64,000 bases of DNA. Source: a virus. The stretch lies in the UHGV virus genome UHGV-1374671; one strand, 5' to 3'. Position numbers and translations under genes: made by a program. Every line of letters starts with the position of its first letter. Within the stretch, counting starts at the first letter, position 1. The notes beneath the pieces were generated by a model. The model saw only the letters and a list, made by a program, of their open reading frames with translations. It was not told the origin of the DNA and made no database searches. This document shows, piece after piece, positions 30,357-39,024 of this stretch.

Positions 30357-31862
30357 ATGAAAACGACAATTGGTGCAACCACCCGCAGCAACCGCAGCGA
30401 GTACGTATCCATCGTCAAGAAGGAGTTCCGCAAGGGCTACACCATCCCCATGATTCCCTATCAGACGAACGGCATCATCAGCAAGTCGCTGTGGCCGTCC
30501 CGGGATCAGATGGTCCGGATCGTTCCAGGATACGATCCCGTCACCGGCCAGGTGTTCAGCCAGAACATCAACGCCAACGAATACTGCACGGACGCCAACC
30601 TGCAGGACTACCTCAGCGACACGTTTATCCTGTCCACCGTTGTGAACGGATTCGGCGCTTCCCGTCAGACCTTCATCACTGACTTCGCTCCCGGTTCCCC
30701 GGACGAGGAGAAGTGGGGAGGCGACACTCCGATTCACTGGTTTATCCGTAACATGTTCTACAGCGTGAACAGCAAGAGTAAACGGAAACCCAAGTACCAG
30801 CCCATCAATGAATGGAACATCTGGTGCGGCAAGAACGGGACCATTTCGTTCGACAAGGCTGCCCTCATGTTCCAGGCGCTGATGTACAAGATCAACGGCA
30901 AGGAGATGCAGGACGAGAACGAGCAGCCGCTGGTGGACGAGTATGGCAATGCGTTGCCGCTGTTCGGCATTGTGACCATCGACAACGTGGCATCGATCAA
31001 CCTGCTGATGCAGGCGCTGGTCGAGCCTACGAATCCTGCCCTGCCGCTGGATGCCATCAACAATAACAAGTATGGGGGTCTCGCTGAAATGAACGGCAAT
31101 ATGTTGTTCCTGAACAGCGTGAAGGATCCGGAATCCGGCAAGAGCATGATGCGCCCGTCCGTTCAGCTTCCCGGCAAGGGCTGGACTGCGACACCGCTCC
31201 CGTTGTCCGAGGATAATGTTAAGGCGCTGTGGCGTCCGTGGGAGCAGATCCTGCACTACATGACCGCTGAGGAACAGCTGAAGCTGCTGGCTGCGGAATT
31301 CGGAGCTGACACCGTGAACTATCTGATCGGTACTGATCCGAAGTTCGCGGATCTGCAGATGCCGGATGAAATTGCCAAGGCAGGTTTCGGCCGGTATGCG
31401 CAGTTCTGCGGCGGTGTGTCTGTACCGCAGAAGATCACGCTCCAGCAGAACACTGCTCCGGCTGCGAATGGCGGACTTGCTGCTCCCGGGATTGCGATGC
31501 CTGGTGCCAGTGTGGCTATTCCCGCCGTTCCTGCTGCTCCTGCCGCTCCTGCTGCTCCGGCAGTTCCCAAGGCTGCTGGCTTGGCTGCTCCCAGGCCGGC
31601 CGTTCCGGTGCCTCCATCCCCGGTTGCAAAGCCGGCGGTATCGGTGCCCGGTATGGCTGTGAGTAACGCAGTCGATCCCAAGAAGATCGCCGAGGAGGTC
31701 AGGAAGATGAAGGCGGCTGGAATCAATACCCCGGTTACCCCGGCCTCCAGAGAGCTCGAGGATCAGGCTGCCGCAGCTGCCACGCTGCTCGAAGGAGATG
31801 ACGAGGATCTGGAACAGGTTGTTCCCGAGTTTGTAGAAGACCCCACTGAAACCGAGGAATGA
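30357..31862 (+). CDS. hypothetical protein with Ala/Pro-rich linker and strongly acidic C-terminal tail; possible ssDNA-binding protein
   Basis: 502 aa; AVPAAPAAPAAPAVP repeats; C-terminal EGDDEDLEQVVPEFVEDPTETEE; position in replication module. Confidence 0.3.
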   Translation: MKTTIGATTRSNRSEYVSIVKKEFRKGYTIPMIPYQTNGIISKSLWPSRDQMVRIVPGYDPVTGQVFSQNINANEYCTDANLQDYLSDTFILSTVVNGFGASRQTFITDFAPGSPDEEKWGGDTPIHWFIRNMFYSVNSKSKRKPKYQPINEWNIWCGKNGTISFDKAALMFQALMYKINGKEMQDENEQPLVDEYGNALPLFGIVTIDNVASINLLMQALVEPTNPALPLDAINNNKYGGLAEMNGNMLFLNSVKDPESGKSMMRPSVQLPGKGWTATPLPLSEDNVKALWRPWEQILHYMTAEEQLKLLAAEFGADTVNYLIGTDPKFADLQMPDEIAKAGFGRYAQFCGGVSVPQKITLQQNTAPAANGGLAAPGIAMPGASVAIPAVPAAPAAPAAPAVPKAAGLAAPRPAVPVPPSPVAKPAVSVPGMAVSNAVDPKKIAEEVRKMKAAGINTPVTPASRELEDQAAAAATLLEGDDEDLEQVVPEFVEDPTETEE

Positions 31863-33259
31863 AAATGGCCGTGAGCTTCATTGACTCATTGATGGACGAT
31901 CTTGTCAAGGACGACAAGGAAGGCGCCATCATGACAGTTCAGGAGCTCCGTGAGCATCAGTACGGGATACCGTTGCGTTACTATGCGCAGCGGTATCTTT
32001 TTGGAGCTACCGGACTCCGTTTGAAAGTCTTTCACTCCATCTCAGGATTGCCTCAGTCGTGCAAGAGTCCCCTGTTGTTCGATCTCATGGGACATGTCTG
32101 CGCGGACTCTGAGCATCATGGGATGGGTGGAATCGGGTTCATCTACGAGCTCGAGGACAAGATCAGCCCCACGCTGCTTGCCAGCATCATGAGCCAGTAC
32201 GGGGATATCGTCGGGAACTCCTTTCGCGTGGTCAAGAACATGACCATCGAGGAAGCGTTCTCGCATATCTGCAGAAAGCTGATTCCGATGTATAACAAGC
32301 ACATGCGGGATTACGACATCCCGATCATCGTCGGGTTGGACTCCATTGGAGGAGCCGCAGCCAAGGATACCGTCGCCAAGCTCAGGGAGGACGGCGTAGC
32401 AGGCAAGGGCTTCTACGACAAGGCGCACTTCATGAAGTATTTCTGTGAGAACGCAGGCCAGGTGATCGGGGACATCCCGATGGTGGTAATCTGCATCAAT
32501 CAGGAAAAGGAGGCTGCAGCCACTACTCCAGGATCCTATGGTCCTCCCCAGAAGAAGATCACTGGGGGAGCGAGCCAGGTCTTCAAGGACGGGCACATGA
32601 TCAGCGCGTCGTTCCGAACTCTGGCGTCCGGCGACGGGAAGATCATCACCCTGCGCACCACCAAGACCTCCTTCAGCGACGCAAGAAAGCTGGAGGTCGA
32701 GTTCAGGTGGAACAAGTTCGGGTCCAGTCTTGCGGATTCCTATGGGCATCACTTCGAGTGGGCCCTGGCGTCTGCTAAGTGTCTGGCAGCCCCGGACAAG
32801 GGCGTGGGTGATCTTAGGGATATCGCCAATGTGTCCGTCAGCGAGAAGAATCTGGTTACATGTCCTCAGCTGGACTGCAGGTCGGTCCCGCCGGAGGAGT
32901 TCGAGGCCGCGCTCAATGCTCCCGAGTATGAGAAGGTCCTGAATGATCTGTACATGTACCAGAAGATCGAGCGCATCAAGGACATGGCCGCCTACGGGGA
33001 ATACATGAAGACCCGCAAGGAGCGCATGAAGACCAAGAAGGAAAAGGAAGAGGAAGAGAAAGCGAGCAAGGTGAAGGTAACCAAGGTCAAGGCCGCAGCC
33101 AAGCCTGCGAAGACCACCAAGGTCAAGACCGTGAAGGTGGCTAACCAGCCTGTCAAGTTTTCTCAACCGTTACTGGGAGGAATGAAGGATGGGGGACAGG
33201 AATCAGCTGAAGGCGTTTCTGGACTCGATACCTCAGCAGGCGAAACGACAGAGTCGTAA
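31859..33259 (+). CDS. RecA-superfamily ATPase (recombinase-like) with Lys-rich C-terminal tail
   Basis: Walker A-like GLPQSCKS; Walker B-like IIVGLDSIGG; ICINQ; tail KKEKEEEEKASKVKVTKVKAAAKPAKTTKVKTVKV. Confidence 0.45.
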   Translation: MKMAVSFIDSLMDDLVKDDKEGAIMTVQELREHQYGIPLRYYAQRYLFGATGLRLKVFHSISGLPQSCKSPLLFDLMGHVCADSEHHGMGGIGFIYELEDKISPTLLASIMSQYGDIVGNSFRVVKNMTIEEAFSHICRKLIPMYNKHMRDYDIPIIVGLDSIGGAAAKDTVAKLREDGVAGKGFYDKAHFMKYFCENAGQVIGDIPMVVICINQEKEAAATTPGSYGPPQKKITGGASQVFKDGHMISASFRTLASGDGKIITLRTTKTSFSDARKLEVEFRWNKFGSSLADSYGHHFEWALASAKCLAAPDKGVGDLRDIANVSVSEKNLVTCPQLDCRSVPPEEFEAALNAPEYEKVLNDLYMYQKIERIKDMAAYGEYMKTRKERMKTKKEKEEEEKASKVKVTKVKAAAKPAKTTKVKTVKVANQPVKFSQPLLGGMKDGGQESAEGVSGLDTSAGETTES

Positions 33260-33707
33260 TCGCAAGAGCGACGACATTATCGAGTTCATAAAGAAATACT
33301 GGCGGCTGTTCTGCTCCAGCCGGTATGATATGCGGAATGCCGTGGAGCAGCTTGGCACCACGGTTCCGTACTCGGTGGACGCGCTGTGCGATCTGCTCGG
33401 GGTACCTACCAACGTGCTGTTCAAGAAAGTCAAGGTCATCGACACCAGCGCCGCTCTTCTTGACTTCGAGAAGAGCGAGCTGTTCAACCAGTTCGTGAAC
33501 TTGTGCCAGTCGTTCAAGAGCGGAGAGGTGTGCCTGTTCGCTGTTGCAGGACAGAGGTCGCTTATCATTACGAACATGCAGACCGACTATGTTGAAGGTC
33601 GAATGCATCTGCTGTTCAAATCCATGGGGAATCTGCCTGACATCCACGTGTTCAGACCGGAGGACGCTCCTCTCAGAATCCCCACGTTATTCGATCATAC
33701 AATCTGA
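33189..33707 (+). CDS. hypothetical protein
   Basis: 172 aa ORF; start choice uncertain (overlaps previous gene by 71 nt). Confidence 0.35.
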   Translation: MGDRNQLKAFLDSIPQQAKRQSRNRKSDDIIEFIKKYWRLFCSSRYDMRNAVEQLGTTVPYSVDALCDLLGVPTNVLFKKVKVIDTSAALLDFEKSELFNQFVNLCQSFKSGEVCLFAVAGQRSLIITNMQTDYVEGRMHLLFKSMGNLPDIHVFRPEDAPLRIPTLFDHTI

Positions 33708-33721
33708 AAGGAAACAATAAA

Positions 33722-34744
33722 ATGGAAGAATTACAGGAAGTATCCGTTGAGAACGAACTTCCGGCTATTCTGGAAGAGGGCGAGGACCGCGATCTTGTTG
33801 TCGGCATCTCGCTTCCGTCCTATGACGACGTAGACGACAAGAAGGCCGCAGGATACATCAAGGACGTGTTCAAGGGTTTCACGTTCGACGCATCAGCGGA
33901 CTTCGCCAAGAAGTTCTCGAGCATGGACATGCTTGCCAACTACGTGCAGGAGTCCCTGACCGACATCCGCAAGGTGCGTAATCAGGCGGAGATGTCCGAG
34001 GTGCTTCAGCGCGGAGCCTGCCTGGCCCGTTTCTGGTGCCTCGGCAAGGCGTTGTCCAAAGCGCTGAACGAGGGTGAATACGGTACCGGCGCCGGCAGCC
34101 GTCTGGCCACCCAGCTCGGCAAGTCGGTTCCGTACATCTACCAGATCAAGGCAGTTGGCGAGCGTCTCACGCTGACCGACTGCTTCCTGCTCGGCGTTCG
34201 TGGATGCGACACCACAACGCTGAGAGGGCTGGCCCAGATCAAGGACGACGACACCAGAAAGAACATCATCCAGGCGTTCGTGGACAGCTTCATGGAATAT
34301 ACGGACGAGGCTTCCCGTATGCGGGCTAAGGCCAGCCTGGTGGCATCCATCAACATGAACCGCAAGGCGAAGGCCGGGTATATTGAGGAAGCGAACTCGG
34401 ACCCGGCTACCGGCGCGTCACCGGTGATGGTGAGCGAGATCTACCAGGAGACGATGGAGAACATCAACGCCTGGAAGAAATACTTGCTCAAACCATCCAA
34501 CGCCTCCGTGACGGAGGCGCTTATCCGGGCGCTTACCAACTTCTTCATCACGGAGTCTACACCGGATGCGCAGTCCCACCTGACTGCGATCAAGGGAGAG
34601 GCCGACCAGCTCAAGGTCACTATCCAGGCAGTCAAGAACAACCTGGACGATATCCTGATCCAGCTGGACAGCTTTGCTGCCAATGAAGTCCTGGTGGATA
34701 CGGACGACGAAGGAGAGCTCGAAGATGAGGGAGCCGAGCAGTAA
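33722..34744 (+). CDS. hypothetical protein
   Basis: 340 aa ORF. Confidence 0.45.
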   Translation: MEELQEVSVENELPAILEEGEDRDLVVGISLPSYDDVDDKKAAGYIKDVFKGFTFDASADFAKKFSSMDMLANYVQESLTDIRKVRNQAEMSEVLQRGACLARFWCLGKALSKALNEGEYGTGAGSRLATQLGKSVPYIYQIKAVGERLTLTDCFLLGVRGCDTTTLRGLAQIKDDDTRKNIIQAFVDSFMEYTDEASRMRAKASLVASINMNRKAKAGYIEEANSDPATGASPVMVSEIYQETMENINAWKKYLLKPSNASVTEALIRALTNFFITESTPDAQSHLTAIKGEADQLKVTIQAVKNNLDDILIQLDSFAANEVLVDTDDEGELEDEGAEQ

Positions 34745-35465
34745 GGTCATTGCTGCCAGGCTTTCCAATGTGCTGACCAGCGTGTCAGACCTGAATGGCA
34801 GTGTCTGTGATGAGCGGGCACTGTCATTTTTGTCCGGACGCATACGAGATGCCAGCCTTACCAGGGGAAAGCATCTGACAGCGGAACAGGAAACTGCCCT
34901 TTACAACAGCTTGAGCCACCTGCTTGGCAGAATACTTTCACCAGAACTACTGAGAGCCAACGTCCACCGTGTGGTTGCCAACTGGCACTTCATCATGGAA
35001 GGCATGGATATCCCGGAGTGGGGCGGTGAAAGGATCGACGCCAAGATCATATTCATCGGCGTTCGCAGGGCCAAAGTCAAGGATGGTGATCGTCCCAGGT
35101 ACCATGTTCGATTCAAATTAAAAAGCGGGCTTGGGGCTGGCATAATACTGTGTGCAGTGCTTTATGAGGCGGCCATGTACAGGTTCCTGGACAAGTTCTC
35201 AGGGGCCAGATCCTTCAACTGTCCGGCCGAGGAGATCGCCGGAATGGAGGCCAGAGTCCAGTTGTCCATCACCGAGAAGACGGTGACGATACACGACTGG
35301 AACTGTACAGCGGAGCAGCGTAAGCATAATGCAGAGCTTGCCACCCTTCGCAGCAATGTAGCGAAGTGCCGGCTGGGCGTTCCATGTAACACATGTCGAA
35401 AGAACATACTTCAATGCAACCTGGCGGTATGGCTGCCGGCTGCAAGAAAGGAATCAAATGAGTGA
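34725..35465 (+). CDS. hypothetical protein
   Basis: internal ATG chosen to limit overlap; frame start 34674. Confidence 0.35.
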   Translation: MREPSSKVIAARLSNVLTSVSDLNGSVCDERALSFLSGRIRDASLTRGKHLTAEQETALYNSLSHLLGRILSPELLRANVHRVVANWHFIMEGMDIPEWGGERIDAKIIFIGVRRAKVKDGDRPRYHVRFKLKSGLGAGIILCAVLYEAAMYRFLDKFSGARSFNCPAEEIAGMEARVQLSITEKTVTIHDWNCTAEQRKHNAELATLRSNVAKCRLGVPCNTCRKNILQCNLAVWLPAARKESNE

Positions 35466-36207
35466 AAAGACGAAACTTCACTTCACAAGGATCAGGGCCA
35501 AAGGGGAACCGTCGTTCTTCGATCCACAGACCGATATCAGGCAGCTGTTTCCTGCTGTGGCCAAAGCGGCGATCATGACGCTGCAGGACCAGAACCCAGG
35601 GGACAAGGAACTGCAGCACGACCTGACCTACATTCACAACTGTCTCTGCATTTTCCAGATCAGGATTGCTGAGGACACCGCTCCGGTTGCCGATCAGGTT
35701 GCCGCGTTTTGCAAGGCGCTGGACAAGTGCCGCAGCTCGACCGTGTCATTGTTGAAGTCCAGATTCTTCACGATGATCATGATGCTGTTCGCGTTGTTCT
35801 GCCGGCGTGACGCCAAGGTGGATAAGGACCAGCTGTCAACCATGATGTCCATGATCCAGCTCGCACCGCTGTCCACCATGATCAGCAAGGAGCTGTTTCA
35901 GCAGGTGCAGGAGGAGCTGACGGCCAATGCTCCGGCAAAGCTGCATGACGTCTGTTATCCGGACGGGTGCAACATCATGTGCGAGGAGACCCAACAGCAG
36001 CTCAAGGGAGCAAAAGACATTATTCGTCTTTTCGTCTCTGCTTCCGGTGACACCAGCTGGGAGGCCCTGGCTGCGGCCTGTGACGAGGCATTTTCTACTC
36101 CGGGTATAAAATCCGACGCCCAGAACATTGCTCTGGCGTTGGCGTATCCGGATTACGAACACCCGTCCCTGTCTGTTGAAGTGGAGGCGGAGCATGACTC
36201 TCTATGA
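35458..36207 (+). CDS. hypothetical protein
   Basis: 249 aa ORF. Confidence 0.4.
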   Translation: MSEKTKLHFTRIRAKGEPSFFDPQTDIRQLFPAVAKAAIMTLQDQNPGDKELQHDLTYIHNCLCIFQIRIAEDTAPVADQVAAFCKALDKCRSSTVSLLKSRFFTMIMMLFALFCRRDAKVDKDQLSTMMSMIQLAPLSTMISKELFQQVQEELTANAPAKLHDVCYPDGCNIMCEETQQQLKGAKDIIRLFVSASGDTSWEALAAACDEAFSTPGIKSDAQNIALALAYPDYEHPSLSVEVEAEHDSL

Positions 36208-37003
36208 CAAGTTGCAAAGACTGAAACGGATGCAGGACCTGGTGCTGTTCAAGTGGGTTTGCGGTCAGAAACGAGTGGCCAGCAATTTCATCATGCTCAG
36301 CGATCTCAGGCTGAATACGCTTACCTGTCACGCCGGTCGCGTCGTGTTCTCCAGTGCGGCTCCTATTCTGTTCATGGAGAAAGGCAGACCGGTGATCCAG
36401 TTCCGTGACTCGGACATCATGACTGTACTGAACGGACCAAGAAAGGGGATCAACATCCTTAGCCGTTTTTTGCAGCCTGGTGAGGAGGCTTCTGCTTGCA
36501 GATATTGCGACTGGCGTGAGGTCGTGGATTCCAGCTACTGTCCTAAGTGGTTGGAAGATAAGATCATGTCCATGGGAAACAGCCCGACGTATCCGGTCAG
36601 CAAGATCATCATGCCGGAACTGTTTCGCATCAGTAAGAAGCCGGAGACTCTGAAACCGATCTTCAGCTCCAGTTTCATCGAGGACATTGGAGGCTCCAAA
36701 ACGGACTCGATGCAGGAGCTGCTGCAGAAGTTCTACAACAATTTGGACCTGTTTGGATATCACACCGACGAGGGTTATGTGATCAGCAACGATTACATCG
36801 CCACTGGAGGATGCTGCGTAGCCGCCTCCAAGGGAATCAACGCACGTACAGGAAGCAGCGTGCACATGATGACCTTGAGAGCGTTCGCAGCGGACGTAGC
36901 CAGACGTCATTGGAGTATCCAACTGGCCAGACAAACCAAGCAATCAGGAGGCAACAACAATGGAGATGTGGAAAGATCTGATACTGTCCGTAACACCAGG
37001 TGA
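36194..37003 (+). CDS. hypothetical protein
   Basis: frame start 36128; ATG at 36194 gives 14 nt overlap. Confidence 0.35.
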   Translation: MTLYDKLQRLKRMQDLVLFKWVCGQKRVASNFIMLSDLRLNTLTCHAGRVVFSSAAPILFMEKGRPVIQFRDSDIMTVLNGPRKGINILSRFLQPGEEASACRYCDWREVVDSSYCPKWLEDKIMSMGNSPTYPVSKIIMPELFRISKKPETLKPIFSSSFIEDIGGSKTDSMQELLQKFYNNLDLFGYHTDEGYVISNDYIATGGCCVAASKGINARTGSSVHMMTLRAFAADVARRHWSIQLARQTKQSGGNNNGDVERSDTVRNTR

Positions 37004-37586
37004 TATCTGTTTCCTGGCTACTGCCACCACAGGACTGAATCCGGGGCCTGACAAGCTGTTGGGAGTGTCCTTGTGCAGATACAGTCCCCAGGAAGAGGCA
37101 GGGCAGACACTGCAGTTGATTCACAGCGTGGATCGGCTGCTGCTTTTGAAAGGCGAACGGTATCACAAGATATCGGAGAGCCTGATGCAGTCCGACGGAC
37201 TCGATACACGGGAGTTCAGCGACCGATTCGACGAGTTCACCCAGGACTGTACGTTCCTGTCGTACAATCCGGAGTTCCAGGAGAAGTTCCTGAACACCAT
37301 ACTCAGGAATCCTGTCCACATCTACGATCTGCCGTTGCTGCTGCGCGGCGCGGAGACCAGGATGGTGTGGGACAGGGAAGAACTGTCGTCCCTGGACGAG
37401 ATCACCAAGACGTTCTCGAAGGTGGTCGGAAAGGTTCCCAGCTTGAAGCAGTTGCTCAGACTGAACAACATGGTTGCCGAGCCGCCGTTCAACATGCTGC
37501 CTATGACCTACTTTTGCGCAGCCCTGTCCGGGCTCTGGGAGAAGTTCGACCTGATCCCTTTGGCAGTGCAAGAGTCGTTGGCTTGA
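36960..37586 (+). CDS. DnaQ-like 3'-5' exonuclease-fold protein with substituted catalytic residues (predicted inactive)
   Basis: FLATATTGLNPGPDKLLGVSL versus canonical FDTETTGLNP..D (Asp and Glu replaced by Ala); Exo II-like YNPEFQEKFL. Confidence 0.35.
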   Translation: MEMWKDLILSVTPGDICFLATATTGLNPGPDKLLGVSLCRYSPQEEAGQTLQLIHSVDRLLLLKGERYHKISESLMQSDGLDTREFSDRFDEFTQDCTFLSYNPEFQEKFLNTILRNPVHIYDLPLLLRGAETRMVWDREELSSLDEITKTFSKVVGKVPSLKQLLRLNNMVAEPPFNMLPMTYFCAALSGLWEKFDLIPLAVQESLA

Positions 37587-38061
37587 CGAGGTTGCGCATG
37601 CCTGCGGCAGCGGCCAGCAGATTGGCCCGGTTCACAAAACCGATCGCAGGCACGGCTTCCTTCGTTATGACCAGGCACTTGTTGGACTGCTTGCGGTTCA
37701 GCAACCCTGTGCTGGCGCCGGCAGGATAGTACAGCAGTACCTTTCCTCCCAGCCCGCACGGGTCGATGGCGCAGGATTTGTCGTCAGGTCCTGAGAGCTG
37801 CCATTTGGTCATGTCCACGGCAATGAATACGCCTTGCCTCTTTGTTCTTGGTGGTTTGCTGCAAGCGAGCAGGAAGCACAGGGATATCGGGGCAAGGTCT
37901 TCTATTTCCGTGTCCTTTGTCTCAAACAGAGGGCATGTCTGCAGAGTAGCGTACCGAATCACATCCGTTCCGGTTGCCTCTGTTATAATGCTCTCAAAGT
38001 CAGCTACACGGATTCCTTTTGTGAGCTGATCCGCAAGCGTATAACACTCTAAACAATCCAT
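37501..38061 (-). CDS. hypothetical protein, convergent with and overlapping the previous gene by 85 nt; weak LOG/nucleoside-deoxyribosyltransferase-like segment
   Basis: 186 aa minus-strand ORF; DPCGLGGKVLLYYPAGASTG; diverse composition argues against a spurious ORF. Confidence 0.35.
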   Translation of the reverse strand: MDCLECYTLADQLTKGIRVADFESIITEATGTDVIRYATLQTCPLFETKDTEIEDLAPISLCFLLACSKPPRTKRQGVFIAVDMTKWQLSGPDDKSCAIDPCGLGGKVLLYYPAGASTGLLNRKQSNKCLVITKEAVPAIGFVNRANLLAAAAGMRNLVKPTTLALPKGSGRTSPRARTGLRKSRS

Positions 38062-38070
38062 GAGGTCCCA

Positions 38071-39024
38071 ATGTTCGATTTTGACATGCCGCCCCTTGAC
38101 TGGAGAACGGCATTTATCCCAAAAAAGTCAGGAGGGATGCGTAAGCTGCGAATCCCCAATGACGAGCTCAAGCGCGTTCAGCGCGACATCTTAAACTACC
38201 TGTACACTGTAAAGGAGTTGAGGCCGTCAGGCTTCGCTCACGGCTTTGTTCCGTTCAGAAGTACCTGTACAGGAGCCATGCGACATGATAGAAAGGCCGA
38301 GGTCATCCTGTGTATGGACGTACAGGATTTCTTTGACAACTTCCCGGTGGAACCGGTAAGGCAGGCCTTGCTGAATGCCCATATCGGTCGGGTTCTCACT
38401 GACAAGATCATCACAGCCTGCACCTGTGACGGGTCCTTTCCGCAAGGTGGACCGTGCAGTCCGTACCTGACCAACATCGGCATGAAGGAAGTGGACTTGT
38501 TGATCTCCGCGTATGCGGCCAACAACGGGTTCAATTACTCAAGGTATGCCGATGACATCGCCCTCAGTCGTGATCCGCATACGACAGTTCCAGAGAAGCG
38601 CAACTACAAGCACATTTTCTTCGGAGTCGAAAAGATTCTGAAGGAACGACTGGGGCTTCACCTGAAGCACAAGAAAGATCACACGATCTGGCTTCACAGC
38701 AAGAAGGCGCCCAGACGTATCACAGGTGTGGTGATCCGGAAAGACGGCACAGGCTACAACGCTCCGATGAAGATGCGCAAGCTGGGCCGTGCCATGTTGC
38801 ACCGTCTGTATCAGAGAATCTCGGACCGCAACGGTGTGGTGCTGGATTCGGACTGGGCGGACTGGAGAAAGGTGCTGGGCTATGTCCAGTATTTCGACCG
38901 TATCCGTGCTTACAGCGAACCGGAGTCCGCCACTGCGGATCCCAAGATACCGGAGAATCAATTCAACTATATGGCAGCCAGATTTGGCATGAAGAGGAGA
39001 ACAAACAATGAAAACATACAGTGA
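38071..39024 (+). CDS. reverse transcriptase, retron-type (no maturase/endonuclease domains)
   Basis: FIPKKSGGMRKLRIP (RT1/2); HGFVPFRSTCTGAMRH; LCMDVQDFFDNF (motif A, retron-like DFF); FPQGGPCSPYLTNI (motif B'); YSRYADDIALS (YADD); RRITGVVIR (retron VTG-like); N-terminal patterning close to retron-Ec86 RT. Confidence 0.8.
   Translation: MFDFDMPPLDWRTAFIPKKSGGMRKLRIPNDELKRVQRDILNYLYTVKELRPSGFAHGFVPFRSTCTGAMRHDRKAEVILCMDVQDFFDNFPVEPVRQALLNAHIGRVLTDKIITACTCDGSFPQGGPCSPYLTNIGMKEVDLLISAYAANNGFNYSRYADDIALSRDPHTTVPEKRNYKHIFFGVEKILKERLGLHLKHKKDHTIWLHSKKAPRRITGVVIRKDGTGYNAPMKMRKLGRAMLHRLYQRISDRNGVVLDSDWADWRKVLGYVQYFDRIRAYSEPESATADPKIPENQFNYMAARFGMKRRTNNENIQ

Noticed and set aside
38071-39024. Interpreting the RT as a group II intron IEP or DGR RT
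   Set aside because: No maturase (X) or endonuclease domain and no flanking intron RNA domains. Motif B' is QGxxxSP (not the DGR SQ variant), there is no template/variable repeat pair nearby, and the retron-like DFF and VTG-like segments are present.
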